NCBI GenBank assembly: GCA_963784225.1
Contig: CAWAQN010000017.1
Coordinates: forward strand, 151,272-215,271
DNA length: 64,000 nucleotides
Source of the DNA: an uncultured Gammaproteobacteria bacterium
Lineage (GTDB): Bacteria > Pseudomonadota > Gammaproteobacteria > Steroidobacterales > Steroidobacteraceae
Direction: 5' to 3'
Part shown: piece by piece, positions 23,011 through 33,139 of the stretch
Layout of the letters: every line of letters begins with the position of its first letter
Position numbering within the stretch: the first letter of the stretch is position 1
Program-made: the position numbers and the translations under genes
The notes under the pieces: model-generated
What the model saw: only the letters and a program-made list of their open reading frames with translations
The model's database searches: none
Told to the model about the DNA's origin: nothing

Positions 23011-23445
23011 TCAGGCCGGCATTCTCGAGCGGTCGACGTAGATGCATCGATCCATGACGACCGTCATGCCCGCCGCGGCGGCGCGCTCTGCGGCGGTCTC
23101 GTTGATCACGCCCAGCTGCAGCCACAGTGCCGGCAGTCCGAGCCTGAGGCAATCATCGACGACCTCGCCGACGCGCGCGGGACGCCGAAACACGTTGACG
23201 ATGTCGATGCGTTCGCCAGGACCGAGCGCGGCAAAGGCGGCACCGAGGTCGGCGTAGGCTGGCACCCCCCGCCACGTTCGCAACGCCGGATTTATGGGCA
23301 GGATCCGGTAACCGAAATCCTGCATCGAGCGCGACACGTCATGACTCGGTCGCGACGGGTCGTCGGACAGGCCGACGACGGCGATCGTCTTCGACTCCGC
23401 CAGCAGCCGCTGGATCGCGGCGGTCGAAGGATTCACGAATTTCAC
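23011..23445 (-). CDS. CoA-binding protein (YccU-like)
   Basis: Intact 144-aa ORF carrying KTIAVVGLSDDPSRPSH..GYRILPINP. Confidence 0.75.
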   Translation of the reverse strand: MKFVNPSTAAIQRLLAESKTIAVVGLSDDPSRPSHDVSRSMQDFGYRILPINPALRTWRGVPAYADLGAAFAALGPGERIDIVNVFRRPARVGEVVDDCLRLGLPALWLQLGVINETAAERAAAAGMTVVMDRCIYVDRSRMPA

Positions 23446-24397
23446 GTTGCGACGCCCTCCATGCGCATCTCCGCGAGGCTGGCACGGATGCCGGACTGCA
23501 CGGTGGGGTAGGTGAGACGCACACCCAGTTCATCGAGCATGCGGCGATTCGATACACGGCGCGATTCGACGAGGAACGCCAGCATGCCGGGCTCGAGCTG
23601 CGCCCGCGCGTCTGCCATCGAGACGAGGCGCGGTGCCGGCAGCCCCGCGGCCGCCGCCGTTTCCTGCAGGTACACCGTGGTGCTCGAATGGTCGCCGTCG
23701 ACGACGTTATAGGGCCCGCGCGCGCCAGGGTGGTCGATCGCTGCAAGTACGGTACTCACGAGATCGACGACGTGGATGCGGTTGCCAGGCCCGGAATCTT
23801 CGCTGCGCAGCGCAGGTTCGCCTCGCTGCAATCGCGCCAGCGGCAGGCGATGCGGCCCATAGATGCCGGGGGCGCGCATGATCACGCAACGCACGCCGCG
23901 AGCCGCGCACCACGCCGTGGCGGCGCTCTCGGCAGCGACACGCCGTCGCGCGCGATCCGTGGCTGCGGCCAACGGAGCTCGTTCGTCGACGGCGGCTCCC
24001 CCCGTATCGCCATAGACGCCGGTCGTGCTGACATAAACGAAAACGCTGGGCATTGTTGAGCCGAGCCGGCGCAGGAACGATTCGAGTCGAGGGTCCGCGG
24101 TGCCGCTGCCCGGCGGTGGCACGAGGTAAACGATCGCTGAACACCCGGCTGCCGCGGCTAGCGATTGTTCGCAGAATTGGTTCGCTGGCGGCATCCAGGT
24201 CGACGCGCATCGTATTGATGCCCGCTCGCTGCAGGCTCGTTTCGCTCGGACCGGATCGGACCAACGCCAGCGTCGGCCGGCCGCTCGTTCCTGGCCTGAA
24301 GCGCCAGCCTTGTGCCCACGTATCCACAGCCGACGATCAGGCATGATGCGGGGGTCGGGGCGCCCGCGGCTGCATCTGCATCCATCAGTACGAGCAT
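23442..24397 (-). pseudogene. SDR family NAD-dependent epimerase/dehydratase-like oxidoreductase; one or more frame changes near the 5' end
   Basis: N-terminal Rossmann motif CLIVGCGYVG is in frame 24158..24814. The remainder (VFVYVSTTGVYGD.., IMRAPGIYGP..) is in the lower part of ORF 23442..25406. Confidence 0.65.
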
Positions 24398-24461
24398 ACG
24401 CGAACCGCAACGAAGCATCGTCAGACAGGTGCCGCGTCCGCCCCCTGGAGCAAGACCGACA

Positions 24462-25499
24462 ATGCCGCAAATCAGCATCGTGCCTACCGGGGAGCAATTT
24501 GCCGCCGAGTCGAACGAGCCGGTGTTGTCCGCCGCGTTGCGCGCGGGACTCAACTTGCCGCACAGCTGCAAGGGCGGCCACTGTGCCTCGTGCCGCGCAC
24601 GCGTGCTGGCAGGGTCGTTCGAATATCCCGACGCACGGCTGCCGGCGGGCATAACGCCGGCCGAGGTTGCGGCTGGGTTCGCGCTGCTGTGCCAGGCACG
24701 TCCCCTGACCGATCTGCTCGTCGAAACACGCGAGGTGCGGCCGGCAGCCGAAGTCGAGGTCAAGAGCCTGCCGTGCCGTATCGATCGCATGGAGCGCCTG
24801 GCCGACGATGTCATGGCCGTGTTCCTGCGCCTGCCGGTGGTCGAGGAACTGCACTACCTCGCGGGTCAATACCTGGACGTGATTCTCTCGGAAGGCCGCC
24901 GCCGTAGCTTTTCGATCGCAAGCGCGCCAGCCGACGGCAAGCTGCTCGAACTGCACGTGCGCAAGGCCTCGTCCAGCGGTTTTACGGGTCAGTTGTTCGA
25001 CAGCATGCGCGCCGGAACGCTGCTGCGCATCGAGGGGCCGCTCGGCCAATTCTGGTTTCGCGGCGAATCGCCGCGTGCGCCGCTCTTCATCGGCGGCGGC
25101 ACCGGGTATGCGCCGTTGCGGGCAATGTTGCGGCAGTTGCTGGCGCAAGGCGACCGGCGGCCAGTCACGCTTTACTGGGGTGGCCGCAACGCGGCAGACC
25201 TGTACGAGCACGACTGGCTGTTGAACGTGGCGGCGCAGCGGGCGGGCCTGGACTACCGGCCCGTGCTTTCGGACGCGGAAACCGGGACGTGGGACGGGCG
25301 CAACGGCCTCGTGCACGAGGCGGTCCTGCATGACATCCCGGCGCTCGCCGCCCACGACGTTTATGCGAGCGGCCCGCCCGGAATGATCGAGGCCATCCGT
25401 GAGCAATTCGTCGCGCGGGGGCTGCCACGCGAGCAGTTGTACTTCGACTCGTTCGATTACGCGCCCGACACGCTGGCTGCGATGCGTAAATTACTGTGA
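24462..25499 (+). CDS. 2Fe-2S ferredoxin / FAD-NAD(P)H oxidoreductase (CDP-6-deoxy-delta-3,4-glucoseen reductase-like)
   Basis: In-frame ATG at 24462 within ORF 24312..25499. Cys cluster CKGGHCASCRARV..LLCQA, FAD motif RRSFSIAS, NAD motif FIGGGTGYAP. Confidence 0.8.
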   Translation: MPQISIVPTGEQFAAESNEPVLSAALRAGLNLPHSCKGGHCASCRARVLAGSFEYPDARLPAGITPAEVAAGFALLCQARPLTDLLVETREVRPAAEVEVKSLPCRIDRMERLADDVMAVFLRLPVVEELHYLAGQYLDVILSEGRRRSFSIASAPADGKLLELHVRKASSSGFTGQLFDSMRAGTLLRIEGPLGQFWFRGESPRAPLFIGGGTGYAPLRAMLRQLLAQGDRRPVTLYWGGRNAADLYEHDWLLNVAAQRAGLDYRPVLSDAETGTWDGRNGLVHEAVLHDIPALAAHDVYASGPPGMIEAIREQFVARGLPREQLYFDSFDYAPDTLAAMRKLL

Positions 25500-25756
25500 T
25501 CGTGGTCGACGGTGATACACCGCGCCGGCAACCAGGATCGCGGACACCAGGATTCTGTTGTTCAAGATAATTCTCCGGTGATTAACATAATGAGCGTGCG
25601 GTGCGTCGTTCACGCGGATCGCGCCCACGGCATCCGGCCAGGGATGTTCGCCAACGAACAGACGCTGGCGTCAGCCTCGTTGACGATGCACGCAACAACA
25701 CCGTCCAACTCGTTTCGGCATTTCTGCTCGCGACGCCGGACGTACTGGAGAGGCAA

Positions 25757-26281
25757 GTGGACAAATCGCTGATTATTGGCATCGTGGCAGGTGGACTCGT
25801 CGTGACTGCGGCGGGTGCCTTCGCCGGCTACAACGCGCTGGCTGACCGAAACTCGGCCGAAGTGCTCGCGGTCACGGCGGTCAACAAGACGATCAAGACA
25901 CCGCGCCAGGTGTGCAACGACCAGACCGTGACGCACCAGGGCGCGACCAAGGACCCCAAGCGCGTGACCGGCGCAGTCGTGGGCGCCGTGCTCGGCGGCG
26001 TCATCGGCAACCAGGTTGGCGACGGCGGCGGCCAGACGGCGGCAACCGTAGTAGGTGCAGCCGCGGGCGGTTATGCCGGCAGCAAGGTGCAGAAACACGT
26101 GCAGGAGAACAACACGTACCAGACGGTCGAGCACAACTGCCGCACGGTTTACGATTCGTCGACGCAGGCCGACGGCTACGACGTGCGTTATCGGCTCGCT
26201 GGCACCGAAGGTTCGGTCCGCATGGATCACGACCCGGGCAAGCGCATTCCAGTCGAAAACGGAGTCCTGGTAACCGGCTGA
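25757..26281 (+). CDS. Glycine-zipper 2TM domain membrane protein (SlyB / 17-kDa antigen-like)
   Basis: GTG at 25757 preceded by GGAGAG. TM segment LIIGIVAGGLVVTAAGAFAG. Glycine zipper GAVVGAVLGGVIGNQVGDGGG..VVGAAAGGYAG. Confidence 0.65.
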   Translation: MDKSLIIGIVAGGLVVTAAGAFAGYNALADRNSAEVLAVTAVNKTIKTPRQVCNDQTVTHQGATKDPKRVTGAVVGAVLGGVIGNQVGDGGGQTAATVVGAAAGGYAGSKVQKHVQENNTYQTVEHNCRTVYDSSTQADGYDVRYRLAGTEGSVRMDHDPGKRIPVENGVLVTG

Positions 26282-26392
26282 CGTGCAACTGTGACGAGGG
26301 TCGAGCCTTCGCAGAAAGGTTGACCGGCGAAAAGGCGCCGCGCGGGTACACTGTGCCCGCAGCGCCCCCGCCGGGTCGACGCGAGGCTCGAC

Positions 26393-27133
26393 ATGTCCAG
26401 CCCACATGCTCCCGAGCAGAATCACCTGCTGCGCGCGTTGTCCGAGTCGGAGCGCACGCGGATCTTCCCGAACCTGCAGCTCGTCCCCATGCCGCTCGGG
26501 ACGGTCCTGTACGAATCCGGCGATACGCTGCGCCACGTCTACTTCCCGACGGACTGCATCGTCTCGCTGCTCTATGCCACCGAGGACGGCTCCTCGGCCG
26601 AGATTGCGGTCGTCGGTAATGAAGGGCTGGTCGGCATTGCCCTGTTCATGGGAGGCGAGACCACCCCTAGCCGAGCGATCGTGAAAAGCGCCGGTCATGC
26701 CTATCGCCTGATCGGCCAGCGACTCAAGGATGAGTTCTATCGCAGTGGCGAGATGCAATTGCTGCTGTTGCGCTATACGCAGGCGCTGATCACGCAGATG
26801 TCACAGACCGCGGTGTGCAATCGGCACCATTCCGTGGACCAGCAATTGTGCCGTTCGCTGCTGCTGTCCCTCGACCGGCTGGTGATCAACCATCTGACCA
26901 TGACGCAGGAACTCATTGCCACCACGCTGGGCGTACGCCGCGAAGGCGTTACCGAGGCAGCTGGAAAACTGCAGAAGGCGGGCGTGATCAGTTACAGCCG
27001 CGGCGAAATAACGGTACTGGACCGGCCGAGGCTCGAAGCGATGTGCTGCGAATGTTATGCGGTGGTCAGGCGCGAGTCGGATCGACTGCTGCCGGCCATG
27101 GCCGCGGACAAGTTGGCGCTGCAGCAAGACTGA
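26393..27133 (+). CDS. Crp/Fnr family transcriptional regulator
   Basis: Intact 246-aa ORF with an N-terminal cNMP-binding-like domain and C-terminal HTH (MTQELIATTLGVRREGVTEAAGKLQKAGVI). Confidence 0.8.
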   Translation: MSSPHAPEQNHLLRALSESERTRIFPNLQLVPMPLGTVLYESGDTLRHVYFPTDCIVSLLYATEDGSSAEIAVVGNEGLVGIALFMGGETTPSRAIVKSAGHAYRLIGQRLKDEFYRSGEMQLLLLRYTQALITQMSQTAVCNRHHSVDQQLCRSLLLSLDRLVINHLTMTQELIATTLGVRREGVTEAAGKLQKAGVISYSRGEITVLDRPRLEAMCCECYAVVRRESDRLLPAMAADKLALQQD

Positions 27134-27151
27134 CCGCTCAATCAGCGCGCC

Positions 27152-28367
27152 TCATTGCCGGCGCAGACGGATTCGCGCCACGGTCGGTTTGCGCCCCGCA
27201 GAACGCGAGACGCTGTCGCGCAATACCTGCAGCGCGCGATCGCCTTCGCCAAGCTGGTCGAGCAGGTCCGCGTACAACAGGCTGCTTTCGGGGCCGGGTC
27301 GGCGGGCAAGACTCGCTTCGAGGTAACTGCGCGCCTTGCCAAACAGTTCCGCGCGCAGCGCGAGCTTCGCGCACGCGGCGAGCAGGTCCGGGTTGTCCGG
27401 CGCCGCTCGCAGCCAGCCTTCCGCGCGTTCGAGCGGCAGCAGTGCGTCGGGTAACACCAGGTCGCCATATAAACGGATCAGCACGCCGTCCTTCGCGTCG
27501 TCGTCTTCGATGATGTCACGCAGGTATTTTTCCGCGGCCGTGTGATCGCCTGCCGCCATCAATGCCCGTACGTAGACCAGGACAGCTTGCGGCAACCGCC
27601 GAGTGGCGCGCGGCGCTTCCGACCAGGCCGCGATGACAGCTGCCGCATCTTTGTGCTCGCCGGCCGCGCGAACTTCCTCCAGTTGCACCTGCGCCAGAAG
27701 TTCGGTGACCTGTGCCTGAGGCAACTCTTTTGCAGCGCGCAGCCGCGGGCCGAGTGCACGCAGCTGCTCGCCGCGTCCGAGCTTCTGGCAGAGGCGTGCC
27801 ATGAGCTCGAGACCTCGCGAATTCGAGGTCGCCCGACGCATCGAGCTGCTCGAGGGTTTGCAGCGCGGCCTGGTCCTGCCCGCGGCGCATCTGCATTTCC
27901 GCGAGCGTGATCAGCGCAGCCGCGCGTTCCTGCGGCGCAACTTCCTGGGCGCGGGCCAGCCATTCGTCGCGTCGTGTCACTGCGTCCTGCAGGTCGGCGG
28001 CGCGGGCTGCAACGACATAATTGGCGGCCGCCGAGTCAGCCTCGGGTGCGGCGCGCGTCAGCAGCTCCTCCGCGCTGCGCCAGCGGCCGGCCGCCAGGTC
28101 GAGCAGGCCACGTTGCGTGTCGTCGCGCGCCCGGCGGTGTCTGCGTTCGGCGCGTAGCTGCGCGAGCCGGCGTCGCGCGCCGAGCGAGCCGACGAGCGTT
28201 CGTATCAGCAGAAACAGGGCGCCGACCAGCAGCAGGAGCATGGGCACGGTCGTTTCAAGCAACGAGCGGCCGACGTTGATGGCCACGTACCCCGGATTGT
28301 CGAGCACGAGATGCGCGAGCATCCCGCCGCCGACGAGCGCCGCGGCAACGACCAGGCTGCCCTTCAT
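27152..28367 (-). pseudogene. hemY: Heme biosynthesis protein HemY (TPR-containing); one frame change near 27830
   Basis: N-terminal piece 27516..28367 (two TM segments, ..GLLDLAAGRW..) and C-terminal piece 27152..27841 (TPR-like repeats). Sits downstream of hemX. Confidence 0.75.
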
Positions 28368-29410
28368 GAGCGCGGCGCGCTGGCGCGAATTACGCGCTGG
28401 AGCGATTGCGACGCTCCGCCGATTTCCGGGCGCGGGGGATCGATGTCCAGCGCACCGAGCTCGGCAATCTCGGCCCGCGCGGTGACGACCTCCGGTGAAC
28501 CCGGATCGAAGAATCGCTCGAGCCAGGTATCGATGGCGCGCAGCGATTGCGAGTAGGCGGTCTTGTCCGCCTGCATCGCGGCGATGCGTGCCGCGAAAAA
28601 CAGCAGCTCGAGATGCTGGCGACGCAGCGATTCCTCTTCACGCGTCACCAGCCGCGCCGTCGACGGGTCGACACGGCGGAACGAGAACATATCGCGCCAC
28701 GCCTGCGCCAGCCTGCGACCGGCCCGTTCGACCACGCCGGCATGGTGGGATGCGTCTGTGGCGGCGCGCCGTGACTCGGCGATCGGCACGCCCAGCACCG
28801 GGAAGCTCGCTGCGCGCGCCTCGAGCGTCGTGAGCCGCGCGATCACCGCCGGCACGTCCGGCACGCTGACCGTGCGCAAGGCCGTCAGTTCGCGGCCGAG
28901 CTGCCGGCGCACCTCGTTCACGGCGGAATCGGCGACGGTCGCAAGCCGGGCGTCGGCAGACTCGAGCGCCGCGATCGCCGTCGGCACGTCGTGCTCGAGC
29001 TGCAAGCGGCGCGCCCCGAGCTCGAGCAGGTACAGCGCCTCGGCACGTACCCAGGCTCGCTGCGGGGCCTCGGTCCGTGCGCGCAACTCGGCCAGGCTCT
29101 GGCCGAGTGCGTCGACCTGCGTCGGCACTTCGCGCAGCGCACGCACCTGGGCGCGCAGTTGATCACCGGACTGGTCGGCCTGTGTCGCCAGCGTTCCGAT
29201 CTGCGAGCCCAGGCGATCCTGGGCGGTGCGAAGCTCCGCGATCTGTCCGCGCAGGCGATCGATCTTCTCGTCGAACTGGCCGAATCGCCAATGTGCGTAG
29301 ACCGCCAGCAGCAACGCGAGCCCGCCGACGGCGATCAGCATGGGACTGACGCCGCTGCCGGTGCGGCGCGTGCTGAGATCGGTCGTGAGGGATTCGATTT
29401 CGGTGGACAT
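28364..29410 (-). CDS. hemX: HemX (annotated uroporphyrinogen-III C-methyltransferase family membrane protein)
   Basis: Intact 348-aa ORF with one N-terminal TM segment and long coiled-coil regions. Sits between hemD and hemY. Confidence 0.7.
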   Translation of the reverse strand: MSTEIESLTTDLSTRRTGSGVSPMLIAVGGLALLLAVYAHWRFGQFDEKIDRLRGQIAELRTAQDRLGSQIGTLATQADQSGDQLRAQVRALREVPTQVDALGQSLAELRARTEAPQRAWVRAEALYLLELGARRLQLEHDVPTAIAALESADARLATVADSAVNEVRRQLGRELTALRTVSVPDVPAVIARLTTLEARAASFPVLGVPIAESRRAATDASHHAGVVERAGRRLAQAWRDMFSFRRVDPSTARLVTREEESLRRQHLELLFFAARIAAMQADKTAYSQSLRAIDTWLERFFDPGSPEVVTARAEIAELGALDIDPPRPEIGGASQSLQRVIRASAPRS

Positions 29411-29442
29411 TCAAGCAGCCCGTCCGTGCTGCGGTCGAAATC

Positions 29443-30228
29443 CTAGCACGCGTCCGGTGGGTGGCCCGCTGCGGCCAGCACGGCTTTCAGCATTGCGGCA
29501 TCCTCGGCGCTGGTTGCCTGCACCACAGGCCCGGTCCAGCCAGCGTGCGCGGCCGCTGCGGCAACGCGCGCGCCAGGCACGAACAACGGGCGGGCCCGGA
29601 TCGCGTTGATATCGTCAGGCGGGGTAATCTGCAGCAGGGCCTCGAGAATTTCCGCGCTCGTGACCACGATCGCAAGATTCTCGCCGCTGGCCAGCGCGTC
29701 GTGCAATCGCCGCAACGCGGATCGATCCGGCCGCGCCATGCTGCGTCGATACAGTTCGACGGTGTGCACGTTCGCGCCGCGCCTGGCGAGTTCCGTCGCC
29801 AGCAGGTCGCGCCCGCCGACGCCTTTGAGGATCAGCACGTGCTGGCCGCGGACTGCGTTGAACACCGGGAGTTGCAACAAACCCTCGGAGTCGACGCGAC
29901 CAGCGGGCTTTACCGCCACCGTAATCCCGGCCTTCGCGAGCGCGCGCGCGGTGGCGCCACCCACGGCGGCCACCCGCGTTGCCTGTACGTGCGCGAGCTG
30001 CGCCGCCGCCGCGCTGACCGCATTCGTGCTGGTGTAGATGCACCAATCCCACTGCCGGGCGGACAACTCAGCGCGTTGCGACTCGCCTAGCGGCATCGGT
30101 TCGATTTCGAGCGTCGGCAACGCGATGCAGCGTGCACCCGCAGCCTCCGCGCGTGCGATGAAAGGGACGGCTTGCGCGGCCGGTCGAGTGACGACCAGGG
30201 TGAGCCCGGCGAGCGCGCCGCTCGTCAC
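29443..30228 (-). CDS. hemD: Uroporphyrinogen-III synthase
   Basis: GTG at 30228 overlaps the hemC stop (GTGA). LTLVVTRPAAQA..WDWCIYTSTNAV..LAIVVTSAEILE. Frame intact within ORF 29443..30660. Confidence 0.8.
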   Translation of the reverse strand: MTSGALAGLTLVVTRPAAQAVPFIARAEAAGARCIALPTLEIEPMPLGESQRAELSARQWDWCIYTSTNAVSAAAAQLAHVQATRVAAVGGATARALAKAGITVAVKPAGRVDSEGLLQLPVFNAVRGQHVLILKGVGGRDLLATELARRGANVHTVELYRRSMARPDRSALRRLHDALASGENLAIVVTSAEILEALLQITPPDDINAIRARPLFVPGARVAAAAAHAGWTGPVVQATSAEDAAMLKAVLAAAGHPPDAC

Positions 30229-31170
30229 GACGCGGCGGCGGCTTCCTGCCGCAGGCGCTCGAGCAGTGGCGCCGCACCCGCCGCCAGCATGCGGCGCGCG
30301 AGTGAGCGACCGAGTGCAACGGCGTCCGCGGCCGGCCCGCTGATTCGATCGCGAAACGTCTGGCTGCCGTCGGGCGCACCGATGAAGCCGCGCAGTACGA
30401 GCGTGTCGCCGTCGAGCGTGGCGTGTGCGGCGATCGGCGAATGACAACTGCCACCCAGCGTGGCGGCGAACGCGCGCTCGGCCAGCAGGCGGGTATAAGA
30501 ATCGGCATGGTGCAATGACTGCAGCGCTGCGCGACTGTGTGCATCGTCGGTACGGCACTCGATGCCAATCACGCCCTGGCCAACGGCCGGCAGCGACCGC
30601 TCGAGATCGAGTTGCTCGGTGACGTGCTCCGCGAGGCCGAGACGCTCCAGCCCTGCGCACGCGAGCAGGATCGCATCGAGTCGGCCCTCGTCGAGCCGGC
30701 GCAGGCGAGTATCGACATTACCGCGCAGCAGCTCGAGCTGCAGGTCCGGCCGTGCATGGCGTAACTGCGCCTGGCGACGCGGGCTGGAGGTGCCGACGCG
30801 CCCGCCCTGCGGCAAGTCTGCAAACTTCGCGTAGCGGCGGGAAATGAACGCATCGTGCGGATTGGCGCGCTCCAGCACCGCCGCGATGCAGAACTCCGCC
30901 GGCAGTTCGCTCGGCACGTCTTTCATCGAATGCACGGCGATTTCGGCGCGCCGTTCCTGCATCGCCACCTCGAGCTCCTTGACGAAGAGGCCCTTGCCGC
31001 CCACTTGCGGCCAGCGCGCGATCCAGCACGCGATCGCCTTGCGTAGTCATCGGCACCAGCTCGACCGGCAACCCCGGATGGGCGTTGCGCAGCAGTGCCG
31101 CGACGTGCTCGGCCTGCCACAGCGCCAACTTGCTGCGGCGGGTCGCGATCCGGATTGTCGAATTCGTCAA
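30225..31170 (-). pseudogene. hemC: Porphobilinogen deaminase (hydroxymethylbilane synthase); one frame change near 31008-31012
   Basis: [28 protein letters not shown] (30718..31170) and [38 protein letters not shown] (30225..31004). Confidence 0.9.
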
Positions 31171-31199
31171 ACGAGGCTCCTCGTGCCGCGCTGCGCCGT

Positions 31200-32325
31200 T
31201 CAGGCGCCGGTACGGGCCGAGGCAACTTCTTCGGTTGCAAATCGGAACAGCGCCACGACCAGCCCCAGCACGATCGGTCCGAGGAACAGGCCGATGAAGC
31301 CGAAGGCGGACAAGCCGCCCATGACGCCGATAAAAACGGCAAGGGTCGGCACTTCGACGCGTCCTGAGATCAGGAGTGGACGCAGGAAGTTATCCACGGA
31401 ACTCACGACCAGGATGCCCCACGCGGCCAGGAACAGCTGCTGCGCCCGGATGGCCTTCGATGGCCAGCCAGATCGCGGCGGGACCCCAGAGGATCGTCGT
31501 GCCGATCAGCGGCACCAGCGCAAACAGTATCGCGAGCACGCCGAAAACGAGCGGCGACGGCACGCCGGCAAAAAAGAATCCGACGCCGAGCAGCGCACCT
31601 TGCACGATTGCCGTGAGCCCTATTCCGACGAAGACCGCGCGCGTCATTTCGATCAGGTGAATCCAGAGCCGGCTGCGCAGGTGAGGTTCGATCGGCAGCA
31701 ACCGTATGGCTTTCTGGGCGAACCTGGATCCGTCCCGCAGCACGAAAAACAGTACGAACAGCATCAGGATGAAACTGACCATGGTGCCGAGCGCGCCGAG
31801 CATCACGGCTCCGCCCGACGAGGCCACGATCTCCACCAGCCGCTTGGTGCCCGTCACGAACCAGTCCTGCAATTGCTCGAGCGAGATGCCGGCCGTCGCG
31901 TCGATCCACCGCAGTGGACGCGCCAGCATCGGTACGCTTGCCAGGTCGATCTCCGTGCCGAGCTGCAACCCTTGTGCGTCGAGTCGTTTCAGCAACTGTG
32001 CAGCCTGGGTGGCGACCGCCCCGGCCAATGCGAGCAGTGGCAACAGGAACAGCAACAACACACCGAGCAAGGTCAGGCTGGCCGCGAGCTGCCGCCTGCC
32101 ACCGAGTCGGTCGCTCAGGCGGACATTCAAGGGCGCAACCAGGGAGCCGATCAGCACGGCCCAGAGCAGCGGCTGCCACAACGGCGCCACGATGCGCCAG
32201 ACGAGATAGACGAGAGCGGCGCTCAGAATCAGCACGCCCAGCCGGGTGAAGAACAACTTCGACGATGCCGGCCCGGGCGACGGCAGGGTCACGGTCGTCT
32301 CCCCGGCGTCTTCATCCCGTTCCAT
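31200..32325 (-). pseudogene. AI-2E family transporter (PerM/YhhT-like); one frame change near 31430
   Basis: Piece 31390..32325 (multiple TM segments, ..LIPLIGTTILWGPAAIWL..) continues in 31200..31406 ([27 protein letters not shown]). Confidence 0.8.
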
Positions 32326-32328
32326 TGT

Positions 32329-33102
32329 TCAGTGTCCCGTGCGGATCTGCCGCAATGCTTCAGCCTGGTGACGGCGGCTGACGGGCAACGCTTCGTCACA
32401 GTCTTTCAGCAGCACCATGAAATGCCCCTCCGGTGCTTTCTCGATCGCACGCACGTGCTGGCGCGCCACCAGCGAGTTGCGGTGGATGCGCACGAAGTCC
32501 GGTGCGAATTCGTCAGCCAGTGCCCGCAACGACTCGTCGATCAGCTCCGTGCCGCCGCGGTGCCGCATGGTCACGTATTTCTGGTCTGCCGCAAAGAAGA
32601 GGATGTCTTCGACGGGCACGAGCTTGAACTCGCTGCCGCGCCGCGCACAGACCTGCGAACGCCGTTTGCCGAGCTGTGACTGGTCGGCGAGCCGGATCAA
32701 TTGCGGTGCCGCAACGCGTGCAGCATGCCGTATGGCTCGCGCGAGTTTCTCGCGGCGCACCGGCTTCACCAGGTAACCCACGGCCTGGGTTTCGAACGCC
32801 TGCAACGCGTATTCGTCATAGGCCGTCGTGAAAATCACCGCGGGCGGGTCTTCGAGCGCGGCCAGGTGCCGGGCAGCCTCGACACCGTCCATGCCTGGCA
32901 TGCGCACGTCCAGCAACACCACGTCCGGGTCGAGCAGGGCGCAATGCTCGAGCGCCTCGAGACCCGTGGCCGCCTCGCCGACGACCGCGACCTCGCCCAG
33001 TTCCTGCAGCATCCGGCGCAGGCGGGCCCGGGCCGGCGCCTCGTCGTCGACGATCAGCGCGCGCAATTTTTCGGCCGGAGCGTCGGGTGAGTCGTCGTTC
33101 AT
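32329..33102 (-). CDS. algR: LytR/AlgR family response regulator (REC + LytTR DNA-binding domain)
   Basis: In-frame ATG at 33102. REC motifs LIVDDE..VVLLDVRMPGMDG. LytTR motifs ..ILFFAADQKYV..VRIHRNSLV... Adjacent to a LytS-type kinase and upstream of hemC, as for Pseudomonas algR. Confidence 0.8.
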   Translation of the reverse strand: MNDDSPDAPAEKLRALIVDDEAPARARLRRMLQELGEVAVVGEAATGLEALEHCALLDPDVVLLDVRMPGMDGVEAARHLAALEDPPAVIFTTAYDEYALQAFETQAVGYLVKPVRREKLARAIRHAARVAAPQLIRLADQSQLGKRRSQVCARRGSEFKLVPVEDILFFAADQKYVTMRHRGGTELIDESLRALADEFAPDFVRIHRNSLVARQHVRAIEKAPEGHFMVLLKDCDEALPVSRRHQAEALRQIRTGH

Positions 33103-33139
33103 GCGCGGGACCCGATTGTCCCGTGGACCGGTCCGCGTG

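Noticed and set aside
24400-25406. Upper two-thirds of the 654-aa minus ORF 23442..25406
   Set aside because: Only the 3' part (to about 24397, with a frame change) matches an SDR epimerase. The remainder is antisense to the well-supported ferredoxin-reductase gene (24462..25499) and lacks motifs.
26283-26310. CRP-like half site TGTGA-N6-TCGAG upstream of the Crp/Fnr gene
   Set aside because: Only one half matches the TGTGA-N6-TCACA consensus, so it is indistinguishable from chance.
25610-26758. 382-aa minus-strand ORF
   Set aside because: It is antisense to the glycine-zipper gene and the Crp/Fnr gene, both of which have clear family motifs. It has no motifs of its own.
30844-32679. 611-aa plus-strand ORF, the longest ORF in the track
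   Set aside because: It is antisense to hemC and the AI-2E transporter. Its composition is Arg/Pro/Ala/Gln-rich and low complexity with no recognisable motif. This is the typical stop-codon-poor shadow frame of GC-rich DNA.
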